DNA from: Octopus bimaculoides
Lineage: Eukaryota
Assembly (NCBI RefSeq): GCF_001194135.2
Contig: NC_068992.1
Location: 64,668,635 to 64,732,634, forward strand
Reading direction: 5' to 3'
DNA: 64,000 bases
Of this stretch, positions 61,828-64,000 are shown in pieces. Every line of letters begins with the position of its first letter. Within the stretch, counting starts at the first letter, position 1. The notes below the pieces were generated by a model, which did no database searches, was not told where the DNA came from, and saw nothing but the letters and a program-made list of their open reading frames with translations. The translations under genes and the position numbers were made by a program.

Positions 61828-62030
61828 TCTACTAGAAGCACAAGGTCTTAAATTTGGGGGAAGGAATTACATTGACCCCAGTGCGTAACTGGTACTTATT
61901 TAATCGACCCCGAAAGGATGAAAGGCAAAGTCGACCTCAGCGGAATTTGAACTCAGAACGTAGCGGCAGACGAAATACTGCTAAGCATTTCGCCCGGTGT
62001 GCTAACGATTCTGCCAACTCATCACTCTAG
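61640..62030 (-). mobile_element. Two tandem tRNA-derived SINEs, family A, CpG-intact
   Basis: GGATGAAAGGCAAAGTCGA...GAATTTGAACTCAGAA...GCTAACGATTCTGCCA twice, separated by (TAA)n. Confidence 0.85.
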
Positions 62031-62041
62031 AAATGATGATG

Positions 62042-62125
<84 letters not shown>

Positions 62126-62802
62126 CTGCTGCTGATTTATTTTCTATTCCAAGAAGGATGGTGATATGGTTAGCGGGGACCAGGAGCTGGTCTCCAATAT
62201 GGCGGAGATGTGATTTTTACAATGATTGTCGGGGGATCAAAAATAAATTTCCCAGTATTGAATTTCCGATGTTTTCGATATTCTTTCATAAAAAAACGAT
62301 AATAAACAACATTGTTTTATATTGTTTTCCATTATTTACGTTCCTCGTTGCAAATAGATATATTATCTCCAAGATGATAGGTTTTAATTTATAGCAATTT
62401 CTGTTTAGAAAGAGAACGGGAAGAAAAATAAAGACACCGCAAATTCTATTCAAAATTGCAAATTGCAAATTTTGCGCAATCGTTTCATTTAAAGATTAGA
62501 TATTTAAAAAAAAGTAATCTAGAAAAAAAAAAAAAAAAAGAAAGGATTTTAATACAAAATGAATATTCGAGAATATCGAATTCTTGTGGAATCATCATTG
62601 GTTTTTAGCGTTGATTATAAATGAAATAATGACGTATGTTGATGATAATGATGATTGTGATAGTGACGATGACAATGATGATGATGATGATGATGAGGAG
62701 GAGGATTATAGTGATAAGTACCGTGATGCTGATTTAGATAATAGTAACAACGGCAACAATGATGATGATGATGATGATGATAGTAATAATAATAATAATA
62801 AA

Positions 62803-63268
62803 AAACCGCATAGCATATTACCAGCCAATGTACGCCACTAGCCCAGGAGGAATATAAGAGATGCCACGACAATATATCCAGGCTTGTCCATTGGACACTT
62901 TGAAAAAAGTATAGACTGGGCAGAGCAAAAAATTGGCACGAACACAAACCTGAAGGCATCGTCGAAAATAGAAATGCAAAGATCCTACAGGATTTTATGA
63001 TTCAGTGCGACCATGAGATTGAGAATAGGAAGCCAGATATAGTCTTAATTGAGAAAGAAAGCAAACTATGCTGGATAATAGATATAGCATGCCCAGATGA
63101 CAACAAAGTAGGCGATAAGGAAGAAAGAAAAGTCGAGAGACATGACAGGTTAGCTTGGGACGTTAAGCAGTTGTAGTCTATGAAAAAGGTGGTAGTAGTA
63201 CCAATAATTGTCGGAGCCCTGGGAACAGTGAGTTAAAATCTTGAGAAGTACACGGAACAAATAGGGGC
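62803..63268 (+). mobile_element. R4/Dong-clade non-LTR retrotransposon, restriction-like endonuclease domain remnant
   Basis: HITSQCTPLAQEEYKRCHDNI...WHEHKPE...ENRKPDIVLIEK...IIDIACP...VPIIVGALGTV with four stops. Confidence 0.8.
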
Positions 63269-64000
63269 NNNNNNNNNNNNNNNNNNNNNNNNNNNNNNNN
63301 NNNNNNNNNNNNNNNNNNNNNNNNNNNNNNNNNNNNNNNNNNNNNNNNNNNNNNNNNNNNNNNNNNNNNNNNNNNNNNNNNNNNNNNNNNNNNNNNNNNN
63401 NNNNNNNNNNNNNNNNNNNNNNNNNNNNNNNNNNNNNNNNNNNNNNNNNNNNNNNNNNNNNNNNNNNNNNNNNNNNNNNNNNNNNNNNNNNNNNNNNNNN
63501 NNNNNNNNNNNNNNNNNNNNNNNNNNNNNNNNNNNNNNNNNNNNNNNNNNNNNNNNNNNNNNNNNNNNNNNNNNNNNNNNNNNNNNNNNNNNNNNNNNNN
63601 NNNNNNNNNNNNNNNNNNNNNNNNNNNNNNNNNNNNNGAGAAGGAAGATAATTCAATGTTCGTTGGAAGATGAAACCAATAATGTTAAAAATACCACCAC
63701 CACCACCACCACCACCGCCGCCGCCACCGCCGCTGCCGCCACCACCACCACCAACAACATAGTTTAAAAGCTGACTGTTGCAACTCGAAACAATATGGCT
63801 GATTAAAATGTAGAAATAGCAAAAGTGTGAAGTGAGAGGAATTGAGGGGCAAAAAGTGGAAAACCAAAAAATGGAAATAAAAAAACAACAATAATATAAC
63901 ACTAGAAATATAAAATATATAAAAAAAAAGAAAAGGCAGGAATTGTAAATAATAATTTAATGCCAATAGAGTAATAACGGTAAATGGGTAGGAAAGAAGG

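Overview
AT-rich, gap-containing eukaryotic scaffold, most likely from an octopus or other coleoid cephalopod (inferred from the SINE, RTE and Tx1 repeat families). Two spliced protein-coding genes lie in tandem on the minus strand. The first is a complete six-exon triosephosphate isomerase (TPI; 18398->3544, 247 aa). The second is an eight-exon gene I reconstructed by splice-phase matching (35208->21638, about 413 aa); it looks like a secreted, Cys-containing protein with no domain I recognise. Two identical tRNA-Leu(AAG) genes face each other at 39866 and 45303. The rest is repeat landscape: tRNA-derived SINEs, RTE, CR1/L2, Tx1/L1 and R4/Dong retrotransposon fragments, Helitron and mariner remnants, foldback elements and microsatellites. 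The most unusual signals are minimal type I hammerhead-ribozyme-like motifs (one near-intact, two identical copies with a non-canonical CUGUUGAA core, and several relics) and a sharp CpG-depletion boundary tracking the two gene bodies. Repeat boundaries are approximate and no database searches could be run.
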